Shown one piece after another: positions 50,880 through 63,660 of a DNA stretch of 64,000 bases. The DNA is from Eledone cirrhosa. Its lineage: Eukaryota. Position 1 is the stretch's first letter; every line of letters starts with the position of its first letter. A program made the position numbers and the translations under genes. Where the stretch lies: contig OZ024743.1 in NCBI GenBank assembly GCA_964016885.1, forward strand, positions 161,262,001 through 161,326,000, given 5' to 3'. The notes beneath the pieces were generated by a model. The model worked only from the letters and a program-made list of their open reading frames with translations. It searched no databases and was not told where the DNA came from.

Positions 50880-51257
50880 CCCAGCTCCATGGATATCCTG
50901 CAAAGTAATTTTTTCGGGGGGTGGAGGTCCCATAAACCTTAGCCTTGACAGTTTCTTTCATTTTGTCTGATATATTTGGTCATCCAAAACAGGGTTTGTC
51001 CATGACACTGCCTGTTTCTTTGAACTTTCTAACCACCTTCCCCACTGTAGGAAAGCCAAATGGGGTCCTTCTGGGATAATGTGCATTAAAAACATCTGCT
51101 ATCTTTCAATATGAACATCCTTCACATCCACTGAGAAATACCAGTTCAATCGTTTCTTCTTTTGACAAACTCATATTTAATCTGTGGAGTATAACATTAT
51201 AGTTAGTTATAAATAGTGGTATTTCCTATGTGTCCAGACTTTAGGGACACCCTCTAG
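50880..51257 (-). mobile_element. Tc1/mariner-superfamily transposon 5' fragment (N-terminal HTH, DUF4817-like)
   Basis: KIADVFNAHYPRRTPFGFPTVGKVVRKFKETGSVMDKP; terminus TAGAGGGTGTCCCTAAAGTCTGGACAC. Confidence 0.7.
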
Positions 51258-51779
51258 TTTACAGTGATCTATAATTAATATTGACAGTCATACTGGTTCT
51301 GAATGTAATCTCTGTTCAATTGAAACTCCTGAAATAACAATGTTTGATATACTACTTTTGAATCAACAACATGGAATTATTATTTGCTGCCCCCTCAAAA
51401 TACTCTATAATGGTTTATGGTCTAACATAGATAAATTTTTATCATTTGATAAATTATCATTCATTTTTTTAAAATTCTCTGTAATTAATTCTCAATTTTT
51501 AAACATATTTGAATGCTTCCAAACCATAACTTCTCTATCATTAGTAAATTAATGTTGAATAATAAATTTTACTTTAGAAATATGTACTTGCTTTTTTTTT
51601 TTTAGTGTTTAAAGATTAATAGCTCTTTATACAAAAATAAATCGCACTATTAAAAGGAATAGAAGAAAAAGAAAAAGAGGATTAATTAAGGAACAAAAGA
51701 AATGGAGTTGGGGAGAGATAAACACTACACCTCAGTCAGAGTAGTGTTTCAGCTGCACCCCGCAGACAAAATGGCAAAG

Positions 51780-52810
51780 GAATTACTGTGGAGAATGGCT
51801 GTTTGTAGTTAGTAGCTCCCTGAACTTTCTCCAACCCATTCTCACTCTGGTTACTGTGCTTTCGGAACACCCTCCTCCACTGATAATTTGGTCACCCAGG
51901 TAACAGACACTATCTACCACTTCTACAGTCCTCTAGGTATTTGAAGGAGTTTGTATCCTGAGAGCTCTTGCTACTTACTGCCCCTGTGTGCCGGCTATAT
52001 GTTAAACCTACGCTTTTTGTTAGCCTGTCTGGGATCCCTCGCTTTTTGTTAGCCTGTCTGGGATCCGATGCTTTTTGTTAGCCTGTCTGGGATCCCACTG
52101 TATAAATCCCACTGTATAGATCTAGTAATCCATGACCGACTAGGGAAAGTGTACCCATAGTTTGCATTTATATATATATATCATCATCATCATTATCATA
52201 CTTCTATTTTCCATGCTTGCATGGAAAGCTAGGAAGTACTTTGATTAACTTTTCCTACCAAACCCATGCCCCTGTCACACATTCCTGACTCACCTTCTTC
52301 ATCTAACCCAGACCAACACAGAAACCCATACAAGCAGGTGGGGGCCATCTTCTCCATGCTCATTTCATCTCACTTGCATAGGAAGGAAAGTCTTCTGCAG
52401 TGCAGCATATTACCAGTTAACTCAATTTTATATCATCTCCTTTATGAGGTTCAGCTGTGTGAGGTCAGCCTTCACGACATCATCCCAAATTTTCCTAGGC
52501 CTTCCCTTCCCATAAGTTCCATGGACTTTAACTGTTTTGCATTTCTTTATGAAACTGTCATTCTTCATGTGTTAGTGGTTCATACCATTGTAGTTTCCTC
52601 TCTTGCACACTGCATCTGATCTAATATATTCATAGTGTTTCTTTCAGTTGACACTTCATCGCTCATGTATGCTATTATTACACATCTATCGGAACATGCT
52701 CACTTCATTTCAATGCAGCTTTACAATTCACACACAAGCATCATACAAACTGCCTTTCAAACTGACATAAAGACCTTTTGAAATCAACAGTGATAGTAGC
52801 TCCCTTATAT
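51780..52810 (-). mobile_element. Two decayed RTE fragments (51780-52170 and 52180-52810)
   Basis: Similar to the reverse complement of RTE RT C-terminal regions; (ATC)n tail at ~52180. Confidence 0.7.
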
Positions 52811-54208
52811 TTTTTTTTATTTACCATTAGACTGTGATGATTTAGTCAGTCATATTAGCCCCATTATGGAGCATATGCACACACACACATATAAAACAAG
52901 CTTCTGCAGTTTCCATCTACCAAATTCCATGTGTAAGACCCTAGACTATAATGAAATACACTTGCCCAAGATGCTACACAGAAGGACTGAACCCAAAACC
53001 ATGTAGTTGTGAAGCAAATTCCTTAACCACACTACCATGCCTCTGTGTTTGTGTGTGTGAGTGTGGATGTAATTACTATGAATAGATGCTCACTGAGCAA
53101 TGATTACCACTTCTGTAGCAATACACTTATCAAGTAGCTTATATAGTAGTTTCCATCATAAACAATGGGTGAATTTTCAGATTAACTGTAAAAGGGAATA
53201 GTTTCTTTTAAAAGTCATGAAGAAAGGCATGCAAGGAAACAGAAAAATAACCCTTTCATCACCTTTACCTCACTAATTAGGGGTGAAAATTGCTTTATTG
53301 TAAGGAAATAACTCAGACAGAGAGGCATGTGGTGTGCAGTGGCTGATGCATGGAATGGGGAAGAATGGTGGCGGAGTGTTAGACACAAATCAAAAGTAGA
53401 ATGCAATGTAGATATCATAGACCAGTCTGCTTTCTTTTCTGGCTCAGCAGAGGAGCTGCACTTAACTGCAATAAAAACATTTTATGTTTGTATGTATAGT
53501 GTGTTTGTATGTGTGTGTGTGTGCACTGTGATTAAGTAAAAGGAGATGAAGCAAAGAGTAGTTAACAAGTAGTATTGTATGCCACAACAATAGCCTGTAA
53601 ATAATATAAGATTCAGTACCACCATAGTCATTGTCAGGAGTAGGATGTTGATGATCATCATCATTACCCTCACCACCATCACTACTGTCATTATAATAAC
53701 CATACTACCACCACCAACAACAACAACAACAATTATAGCAGCAATACTGTCCTATTTACAGCCTATTATTTTAATTGTTGTAATGAGTGTAATGGAGGTG
53801 AGGGTAGTAACATAACCACCATCATCATCATCACCACCACCATACACACACATACACACACACACACACACACACATATTATCACTATCGCTACCACCAT
53901 ATCTCTGACTCTGTTACCACCACCACCACCACCAACATTGCTGTTGTTTTATTGCTAGTAACTATTTTATCTTATTGAAGGAGGAATTACTTCCTCCTCC
54001 TTCTGCCACTTCTATAATGAACAGACAGAACTCTCTGTGAAGAAATCTCACTGAACCAAACAATGGTAAAGAGTCTTTTATGACACTTGATTGGAAAGTG
54101 GAATGAATAGTTTTATTTCATAAAGTCAGCCAATTGGAAAGACAAGCAGATGAGATAGATATCTCTTTCTACAAGGTTCAAATCAGAGCAATTCTACAAA
54201 TTTTTTTT

Positions 54209-54276
54209 CTTTCTTCTTCTTCTTCTTCTTCTTCTTCTTCTTCTTCTTCTTCTTCTTCTTCTTCTTCTTCTTCTTC
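54209..54276. repeat. (TTC)n microsatellite
   Basis: Pure TTC tract. Confidence 0.95.
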
Positions 54277-54379
54277 TCCTTCACTCAGGGAGTTCTCTAA
54301 ATTTGAATACTATAGTATCTGCACACCTATTCCTGACTTCCTTATCTTTCAGTGCTTCCCACTTTATCCTGTAAGTTGA

Positions 54380-55100
54380 GCTGGTCCTGCCAGTTTTGTA
54401 GGCTCTCTTGGCTTTAGGTAGTTGCAGATATCTAGATAGTGATTAGTTGACAGCTCAGACACTTTCTAAATACAAACATCCAGCACAGAATTGAAGAGAT
54501 CAGAGACAATAACAAAATCAATGTGTATTTCTGGATGCCTTTGGGCTGGCAGAAGGTGTTCATAATAGAGAGTCCATTCCTTGATCGGGATTGCCACTAC
54601 TTCCAATTACTCCTTTCCATGTCAGGTAGTCAGTGCCAACATGTGCATTGAAGTCTCCCATTAGGATATATGCATTTGTCTTAACTTCCTCTAACGCTGC
54701 AATGATTTCATCAAGGAAGGACCTGTATTCAGACTCATTGTTTGGTGCATAAACTTGCACCACCCACAGAGACCTATCTTTCATCCTAAGCTTCAAGAGG
54801 CAAATCCTCCCTTCTAATGAATCCAGTTCATAACATATTCTGACAGCCGAGGTCTTGTGAGTACCCTTAATCATTTTCTGGTGCCACACTTGAATAGTAG
54901 ATTTTCCATCCTCCATCCAAATTTATGGTACCAGAGCCACTGTACTTTGTTGAGAAAACCCTGTCTGTATCTAGCAGGTAGCGTCTGGCCTCCTCTACTA
55001 GTTCCTGCTGTAAGGGTTATAACACTCCAGTTAATAATTTTCAAGGTTTGCTCCCTTCCAGATCCTCTTTGGGATTTCAGGATATGTAACCTTTGTGCTT
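54380..55100 (-). mobile_element. RTE (Expander-like) APE endonuclease fragment
   Basis: WVVQVYAPNNESEYRSFLDE...ILMGDFNAHVG; homologous to 27165-27950. Confidence 0.88.
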
Positions 55101-56589
55101 CCATCCCACCCCTCCCAGGACAGATTGCAAGCCCATCACCAGTTCTTTTTTTTTCCATCTTTTTGTTTGTGGACTCAATTTTGAAATCTATGATTTCAGA
55201 CTCAGGCGCAAACATGGCTTACATAAAAAAGACAACACTAGTTCAATGACAAATATTATTTTAATTATTCAACCAAATATGAACCTTGGACATGTTCCAA
55301 TCTTTGTAGACTTCTTTTGTACAGCTGTACTTGCTGAAGTAATGGTGAGAGAATCATTGTAAAGTAAATATACAAATTTGCACAGGAGTTGGCAAACAAA
55401 ATTAGTATATTTTAAAGAATAAATTACTCAGTGATTTTTCAGTAGTAAAATTAATTTAATATTTTTAATACAGCGGATGTTAAAAACGTAATTAGAAATA
55501 ATTATGTGGTGAGGAAAAGTTATTACTACTCAATGATTATCTAGAAATAACAGACAAATTCTCTTCCAAACACAGCCTACTGTGTTAAAATAAGAAAGGG
55601 CACGTTAGATAATGTAGTCTTAGTTACATTGTCTGACAAACGATAGGATTGTAGAAAAACATTGCCCTTGTATTGTAGGATCCCAGAACTTCATGATTAT
55701 GAAGTGAACGTTTTAACTATTTGACCATGCCTACACACTTTGCTGATAATATGGTATTTATTACAGATATCTTGTCAAGTAGAGCATGTTTAGTTAAATA
55801 TAGTTCCCAAATACTTCACAAAACACTTGTAGATAGCAATAGATTATATATCTCCTTCAATAAGATACATGTCTAACTAACTACAAACACCTGTACATAG
55901 CAGCAGCACTGCAGAACATTGTTAAAACAGTGATATAATATCAAACCACACAGTGAAAAACACGTTGTCAATAAAGATGTTAACCCAGTAATGAATGTTT
56001 TGTGCTTCACAAGTTTCAAATTGAATAGGCTGTTGCACACATCAGCTATCATCCAACATAACCTGTATTCAGAACCAGAGTCTGAATATGAAAATAAGAC
56101 AAACCAAGCTGACTGGAGGACTTTGACTGAAATAGGTTGTTCTAGTATATATTCTTGACCGTGAGGTAAACTAATTGGTGGAATGTGGTCTGAGACATAA
56201 TCTAAGTGACCAGGAACCTATTTCTGACAGTTAGATAGACTGTCAATGAAGTGTCCTTTGTAGAGAAACAATGAGAAATGCTTAAAGTTTATTTAAACTC
56301 AACATTTATATGCAGATTAGCCAGTACCTTAACTACTTTACCATTTCAGCATATATTAAAAACTCACCAAATTATTTATACAAAACACTTTTAACATATA
56401 TCATTTACAGTTGAGTCCTCCTTTTCCTTTGTCCCATTACTCCTAAGGGCACCATAATGACATACAACATTTCTAGGGCATTTTTTAAACCTAGCAGAGC
56501 CCATCACGCTCCAGGTTTGAACACAGCATATTTTTTCTGGAGAAGGATAGTGAGAATGAGAGAATGAAAATGAGAAAAAATGTAGAGGA

Positions 56590-56750
56590 AGAATCAACCT
56601 CAGTACTTGACTGGCACTTTTTTTTATTGTCCTCGAAAGGATGAAAGGCAAAGTTTACATCAGCAAGGTTTGAACTCAGAGAGCAGAGATCGGAAATGAA
56701 TACCATAAAGCATTCTCTCTAACTTCTAATGACTCTGCCAATTTGCTGCC
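56590..56750 (-). mobile_element. Diverged SINE family B copy
   Basis: cctcgaaaggatgaaaggcaaagtt...tttgaactcaga. Confidence 0.65.
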
Positions 56751-57367
56751 TACAGTGGAGCACTACTGTAACACTAATCTGCATAGCCTTTATAACATAA
56801 GACTAACCCATATAACATTTACAATATAGTAGTACTGCAACAGTAACCCACATAACCTTTATGCTAAACTACTACTACAACATTAACCCACATCACAGAG
56901 GCTACTTCAGTGAGTTTACTCAACTGAGATAATTTAATAATACCAATCTATGAATAACATTGAGTGATACAGTTTTTACTGACTTATATCTGAGGCTTGT
57001 TTTCACAGAACTCTGAAATTGCAGTTTTGTTTTTTCCTGTCATATATATTTTTTATTTCTATTTTGAAGCATACTTCCATTTTTTAATTGCTAATAAAAG
57101 TACATGTTTACAATAACACTGAACAACATGCATTTTGGTGTATGTGAAGTTAGAACACTTCTTATATACATTTGGGATTGATTCAGTTTTGTCCTATCAG
57201 CTTTACTTTTGTAAGTACATCATACTTCATTAATGAGGAGGTATCTACCCATGTATTGTTTCAACTTAAATTTAAAAATAAAAGCATTGGCTACTTAAGT
57301 ACTTAATTCTCTGTACTGAACAAAAGAAAACTTAAAGATATTTTTTATGGGTTCGATATAAGAAAGT

Positions 57368-57706
57368 ATCATCATCATTTCATTTTACGTCCGCTTTTCC
57401 CTGCTTGCAAGGGTGGGACGGGAACTGATTCTGGCTTGATTTCTACAGCTGGATGCCCTTCCTAACACCAACCTCATTTACAGTGAGTGCTGGGTGCTTT
57501 TTTTCCGTGGCGCCTACACGTCCACTTTGCAGTGGAATGATATGGACCTCAGTCCCTATCATCTCATTTCTACAGCTGAGTAAACTGGAGCAATGTGAAA
57601 TAAAGTGTCTTGCTCAAGGAAACAACACATTACCCGGTCTGAGAATTGAACTCACAACCTTTCGATTGCAAGGCCAATGCTCTAACCACTAAGCCATGTG
57701 CCTCCA
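57368..57706 (-). mobile_element. SINE family A copy
   Basis: Reverse complement of 24628-24968. Confidence 0.9.
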
Positions 57707-57714
57707 TATAAAAG

Positions 57715-58080
57715 ATTAATATTTTGTTGATTCATTGGATAACTTAGTACTGTGCAGTCTTCATTGGTTCTAGTTGCCAAAAACATCTTTGGTAACCATG
57801 AGGCAGACAACTCCTCTAAATTAGTTAAGGACATCCTCTTCAATTTTAATAATAATGGCTGTAGCATGAGTATCAAGGTCAATTACTTCTTCTGTCACTT
57901 AGATCACTTTCCAGAAAAATTTGGTGATAGATTTCATTAGCATATAAAAGCAATGGGAGTGACACATAAGGGAAAGTGGGATACGTATATGATAGCCAAT
58001 TACTGCTGGCGCCTTCAGAAAGATTGCCTTAAATTAAATTTCAGAAAGTCTTATAAAAGAAACTGCTCGTGTTGAACGAC
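57715..58080 (+). mobile_element. DNA transposase C-terminal fragment (Chapaev3/CMC-like)
   Basis: NIFGNHEADN...GCSMSIKVNYFFCHLDHFPEKFG...RFH...GKW...IANYCW resembles the FLGN...MSLKxHFLxSHLDxFP...RFHQ...DYCW signature. Confidence 0.6.
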
Positions 58081-58845
58081 TGACAATTTATTTGGCTTAT
58101 GTTTATTTTTTAGTTACAATTAATGTAGATTTTAATGGATGGCATTCTCAGTTTTTGTGTTGAAATAAATTGATTTAGTAATATCTGGTTGCCTTAATAG
58201 TATGTAATGTATTAGTAGCATTTCTTTGTATAATTCTGTTATAATTTTGTATCAAGATACCCTGGTCATCAATTAATTACAGCTAATAGGGCAGATTTGA
58301 TGCTATTTTTAGAATCAGTTGTTCAAATATGTCTAATAGTGGGACTAAATTTTAGCTCCTGAATTAACATACATTAACATATATTAGTGTATGCTGAATT
58401 TCCAAAGCTCAGTGATAAAATCAAATTGCTTGTATATTTTGAATCAGCACTTAGAATAGGTTTAACTATCAGAGAGCAGAATTCTGTTGTTGCTGGCCAG
58501 AAGAAAAGAAAATAACACTAAAAAGATCTAATATTCTATAGAAAATTTGTGGAATTTGTGGTATTGGTATGACTCATAACTTGAATTATCCAGAATTTTG
58601 GCAGTTAGTGTATATACTGAAGCTCCCATTATGCAACTGTTATTGTTGTTTAGCCCCAAGGAAACCTATGGAAAAAGGCATTCCATCTATGACCAGCTAG
58701 TCTTTTGTTCAGGTTCAAGGTATTAGGGATGATATTATTCAATGTTTTCTCCTTTTCTGAAGGTAATAGGGTGTAATTTGAAGGAAATTTGATTATATAG
58801 GTAAAAACAACAAATAAAACAAAGGAACAGGCAATCAAGCAGGTT

Positions 58846-59181
58846 GGGAGTTTAAAATAAAGTAAACATGAAGACAAACATACTAGAGCAGTGTGGGAGT
58901 TTAAAATAAAGTAAACGTGAAGACAAACATACTAGAGCAGTGTGGGAGTTTAAAATAAAGTAAACGTGAAGACAAACATACTAGAGCAGTGTGGGAGTTT
59001 AAAATAAAGTAAACGTGAAGACAAACAAACTAGAGCAGTGTGGGAGTTTAAAATAAAGTAAACATGAAGACAAACATACTAGAGCAGTGTGGGAGTTTAA
59101 AATAAAGTAAACGTGAAGACAAACATACTAGAGCAGTGTGGGAGTTTAAAATAAAGTAAACGTGAAGACAAACAAACTAGA
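58846..59181. repeat. 49-bp minisatellite, ~6.8 near-identical copies
   Basis: Unit gggagtttaaaataaagtaaacgtgaagacaaacatactagagcagtgt, period 49, no spacers. Confidence 0.95.
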
Positions 59182-60253
59182 CAAAAATATGCACAAAAGT
59201 GTAAACAATGTGTGTACAATGAAAATATGTATATCAAATGAAAAGAAAAGAATCTGATATTTCTGGTTAAACCCTCTATCAAAGTAAAAAGAAAGGGTTA
59301 AGGATGAAATAAAAAAAGTGCTAGAATGATGCTAAGTTATGTTTCCAATGACTACAACCTGTTAAATGGAACTTTGGCCATTAGAGGAGACGTGGTTAAA
59401 TAGTTTAGATAGTGCTAAGAACAGATAGAATGTGTGTATATATATATATGTATGTTTGTGTGTGTGTAAAGACTCTGGCAACACTTGTTTCTGTGCATCC
59501 ACCACCACTGCTTATTTGGTTACTCAGGTAGCAGAAGCTATTGATTATTTCTATGGGTAGTTTGTGCATTTATGTATATATATATATATATATATATAAC
59601 CTATAATAAAGTAAGAAGTGCGGGACTGTGTACGGTTTATACTTTTTTATCCCATTAGTAAAATAAGTTGGATTACTTTCAATAAATAATGAATGAATAT
59701 TACATAATTTATCTACTAAATTTCGTGGCTGTTCATTAAATATATTTTATTATTTATTTAAAGATTCACTTCTTTAAAATTTCCAAATGTCAACACATCC
59801 GGTGGCGATCGCTTAAATAAACATTAATTTTCTGTCACTAATTTTCTCCTAATGCAGTTTATATATAATATCGTCTTTTTTTAATGTATCATGGATTACG
59901 TTACTGATTACATAAGAGAGTGTAACACAGTCTTCGTTCAATTTGTGTATATTGTCAATTACGATTTTATTTGATGTATCATATCTACATGTATATATAC
60001 TTACGTATAATATCAATATACACACTACACATGCTAGCAGAAAACCACCCTTCGTATATTATAAGGGAGCTCACTAATATGAAACACAAATGTGAAAGAT
60101 CTCTCAAGACAAAGAGAGTCACTGAGGAAGATACAGAATTATCCAGTGAAGAACTGATGCAGTTAATGTTGGTTTGTGTAAGATGGAAAGGTTTTATCAT
60201 GTCACCACAAAAAAGTTGATTAATTTAGTAGTTGTAGTGTATATATATATATA

Positions 60254-60298
<45 letters not shown>

Positions 60299-60779
60299 TA
60301 ATAAAAACAAAGAAATAGTTCCTTATATTAAAAAATTCATCATTTTACGGTTATTTCTAGGATATATATGTGTGTTGGTATGTATATCATATGGTATGTA
60401 TATCATATGGTATGTATATCATAAAATTTTACAAACTATCAGAGGGAATATACATACCTACACATATATATGCTGTCTTCAGAAATAAATATATATATAT
60501 ACAGGGCGCTTTATTAAAAAATTTGACATCACCTGAGTTGCAAATATCCCATAACTACAAAGTCTATTACAATGAGACTAGCTTAATGTTGAGCAGCATA
60601 AGATGTATTCCGAAAAAATTGTCAACATTATAGCACTAATTCACTCCTGGACTTTGTAATTTCTGGGATATTCACATCTCATATCATATCAAGCATTCTG
60701 AAACAGCCTCTATATCTATTTATATACAGTGAAAGCAGAAATTTTTGGCTTCAACTTTTAATCAGTACTATACTAATGA

Positions 60780-61376
60780 CTAGCAGAATGGCTCGGCATT
60801 GCTCGGAATTTGCTCTACGGTTCTTATATATTTGATATATATTTATCCTTATCGAGCCTCGTGAAATAAATACGTTTGTTTATATTTTGTTATTGTGTAT
60901 GCAAAAATATCTGTACACGAATATATAATTATATATATTAAAATAACAGATTAAGTTTAAGCAAAGAATCGCTGCTTTCACCCTTAACGGGATCTTCTGA
61001 AGCTAAAGAAATCAATCTGTGAACGCAGAAATAAATATTTCGAAAAACGTTACACACTATATATATACACACTATATATACATATATACACACACAGATA
61101 GTGTTGTAATGCAGACAGCCAGACATACAGACAGATATTATAAGGGCGCAACATTATATCTATGTATCTATCTAAAAAGAAAGACTAAGAGAGAGAGAGA
61201 GAGAGATCGCTAAATCGCCTAATGCGATCCCTAGGTCATTGAAAATTTGAAATATTTTTTGCTCAAAACACTCCCACAACCATAAGTATTACATGTGTAA
61301 AGTTTGAAAACAATCCGTTGGGTGGTTCTCGAGTTTAAGGGAGTCAGACAGACATTCTCTGTTTTAGATATATAGA
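60780..61376 (-). mobile_element. Non-autonomous Helitron (597 bp)
   Basis: Minus strand begins TCTATATATCTAAAAC and ends CTAG with a subterminal GC-rich hairpin; A|T insertion site. Confidence 0.8.
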
Positions 61377-61699
61377 TTATATATATATATATATATATAT
61401 ACAAATCAATATATGATAGGGATAAACACTGATACAAGTATACATGTTTTTATCCCTATCATATATTCATTTGTATTTCACGGTCGGTTCGGAAATATTC
61501 CTTTCTTTGAGCTATTTAATTGTAAAAGACTATTTTGAGTTTATAACTCTATATATAATATATATAATATATATATATAATCGTTTCATCATTTGCTTTT
61601 CCATACTTGCATGGGTTAGATGGGTTCTTCTCAGCCTGGCATCTCTCCACTTGTTGCATTCCTTCGTCATCTCCTCTGCAAGTCTTAGCGATTAAAAAC

Positions 61700-62090
61700 A
61701 CTCAGATCTTGTGTTGAGACAAGTTTTATTACGTAATCTCTGTAAGATATTCATTTGTTCATTGATACACAGCCTACAGGATAAAATCCTATTTCCGTAT
61801 GGCCTAGATTTGGTCAGAACTTTCCATTGAATGGAGTAATCGACATCTGCATCTTTGAATGACTGTATGTGGCTTCATGGATGATCACTTATCCAAATGT
61901 GTCTGGTGGTTAAGGAAGTGTTCTTTAAACTGGCCCTCTTCCATACCTACATATGTTTTGACCTCTTGTTGTTGGTGTTCCTCTCTCAAAGCACCGTTAA
62001 CATATGTTACCAGTGCTTTGAGAGAGCAACACGAAATATCAGCCCAGGGCATATCAATAAATTGAAACAACAGAAGTAAGCTTTATTTTT
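61700..62090 (-). mobile_element. Penelope-like GIY-YIG endonuclease fragment
   Basis: VTYVNG...KTYVGMEEGQFKEHFLNH; after a frameshift, DYSIQWKVL...PY...CRLCINE. Confidence 0.75.
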
Positions 62091-62129
62091 TCTTTATGCT
62101 TTTCTGGGTTTTTTTCTGTTCAACTTCTA

Positions 62130-62188
62130 GCTGTCTGATGAGGTCATAACTGTGGCATAGCAGTTATCACCGAAATATATATAACAGT
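62130..62188 (+). ncRNA. Putative type-I hammerhead ribozyme with canonical core
   Basis: Stem I GCTGT/ACAGT; CTGATGA at 62135-62141; stem II GGT-C-ATAACTGT / GCAGTTAT-C-ACC closed by G-C; GAAA at 62172-62175; palindromic stem III ATATATAT; AUA triplet ending at 62183; AATAAA downstream; next to a Penelope fragment. Confidence 0.8.
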
Positions 62189-62236
62189 GATTATGAATAA
62201 ACAAAGTGAATTATAACCTGTTGACTTGTACTTCAT

Positions 62237-62285
<49 letters not shown>

Positions 62286-62413
62286 ATGAGAGGCATACAT
62301 GTATACACACCCACACACAGAGAAAGACTATAACTATACCTTAAGATCACATTCTTCAGCTTTTCTATTAATTACAAAAGTACATATTCAATAGTGTCAG
62401 ACCACAAAAAGAT

Positions 62414-62423
62414 ACACACACAC

Positions 62424-62480
<57 letters not shown>
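62414..62480. repeat. (CA)n microsatellite
   Basis: Long CA tract; one of many TA/CA/CT microsatellites in the window. Confidence 0.95.
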
Positions 62481-62482
<2 letters not shown>

Positions 62483-62829
62483 CACATGGTTGATGAATAC
62501 ATTTGAAAATTGGATATTGGTTTTTTTCTCTGTTGAAGAAATAAAAAAAAAATAAAAAACAGGAAAGAGAGCATATATATACATGTTTTTATATGCATGT
62601 ATGTGTATATATAACTTTATGTGCATATAAACTTGTATTTATGTGGGTGTGTGTATACATATATATAAATACACATCTAAATGTATAACATATTGACACA
62701 TATACGTATGGACATACAAACATACACATACATATATTCTCTAAATATATAGTATGCTTGGCCTGCGTATTGGAAGTAATCCAAATAGACTTTCTTATCT
62801 AGAATGTCTCTCATTACATACCATTCAAA

Positions 62830-63135
62830 ATCATCATTTTAACGACCACTTTCTCTGCTAGCAAGGGTTTGGTGGGTCGATACAGACCAAGTCAGTACTG
62901 AAATGGAGCAGCTGAGATCCCAGGCAGGCCAGGGATATGTCACACATTATGCATGGTGTCACATTCCATGTCTTTGACACAACTGAGGGTCCTCTCAATG
63001 ATTTGTTTGGCAAGATTTCTATGGCTAGATGCCTTTCCTTGCACCTTCTACTTTACAGCGTGTATACTGGGTGCATTTAACATGTAAATCACCAACACTA
63101 GCGAGGTTGTCATATCCTTGATACATCTGATGGGC
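62830..63135 (-). mobile_element. RTE 3'UTR-derived repeat (similar to 7591-7940)
   Basis: Shared ttctctgcta.caagg...ccaagtcagtactgaa...ttctatggctagatgcc. Confidence 0.7.
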
Positions 63136-63321
63136 CCTTCCTATCTGATGAGTTTTCTATAATAGAAACAATCTAGTTTAGTAAAGTGGAGTATCAAGGT
63201 TAGAGAATAGTACCTGTAGTAATTGGTCGGGGTCATACTTACTGTCCAATAGTTAAAGATGATATTACCTATTGAAACAAGAATTGTAATGATGCAGCAA
63301 AGTTAAAATAATTCATTTGAA

Positions 63322-63660
63322 GTACTCTCGGATCCCAAATAATAAGTGTCTGTGGGGGAGGGGTGATATTTTTAAAAACGAAAATTAGTTGTTTAGTTTA
63401 CATATTGAGACGCCCAACCCATCCTATTTTCTATTTATTTTATAACATATGGGATTTCTTGTAATGTTCTTTTTTGTCATGCATAATGTTTTTTAATGTC
63501 TAAAGAAAATTAATTTTCACAGGAATGCTACCACTTAAAATAAAATTTTGCCGGAGATAGATTAGCAAAATTTGATGAGCGAGAGTGTTGGAATAAGAGT
63601 AGGGGTCGGGGGGAATGATTTGAAAAATGTAGGGGGGGGGGGGGGGGGCATGATTATTCA
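63322..63660 (-). mobile_element. Inverted copy of the 48565-48881 MITE-like repeat
   Basis: gggatttcttgtaatgttc...ggaatgctaccacttaaaataa is the reverse complement of 48625-48718. Confidence 0.7.

Noticed and set aside
58846-59181. CRISPR-like array
   Set aside because: Units are contiguous near-identical 49-mers with no unique spacers, there are no cas genes, and the context is eukaryotic.
63140-63180. CTGATGA...GAAA motif
   Set aside because: The GAAA is part of the hairpin itself, and no stem III or stem I can be formed.
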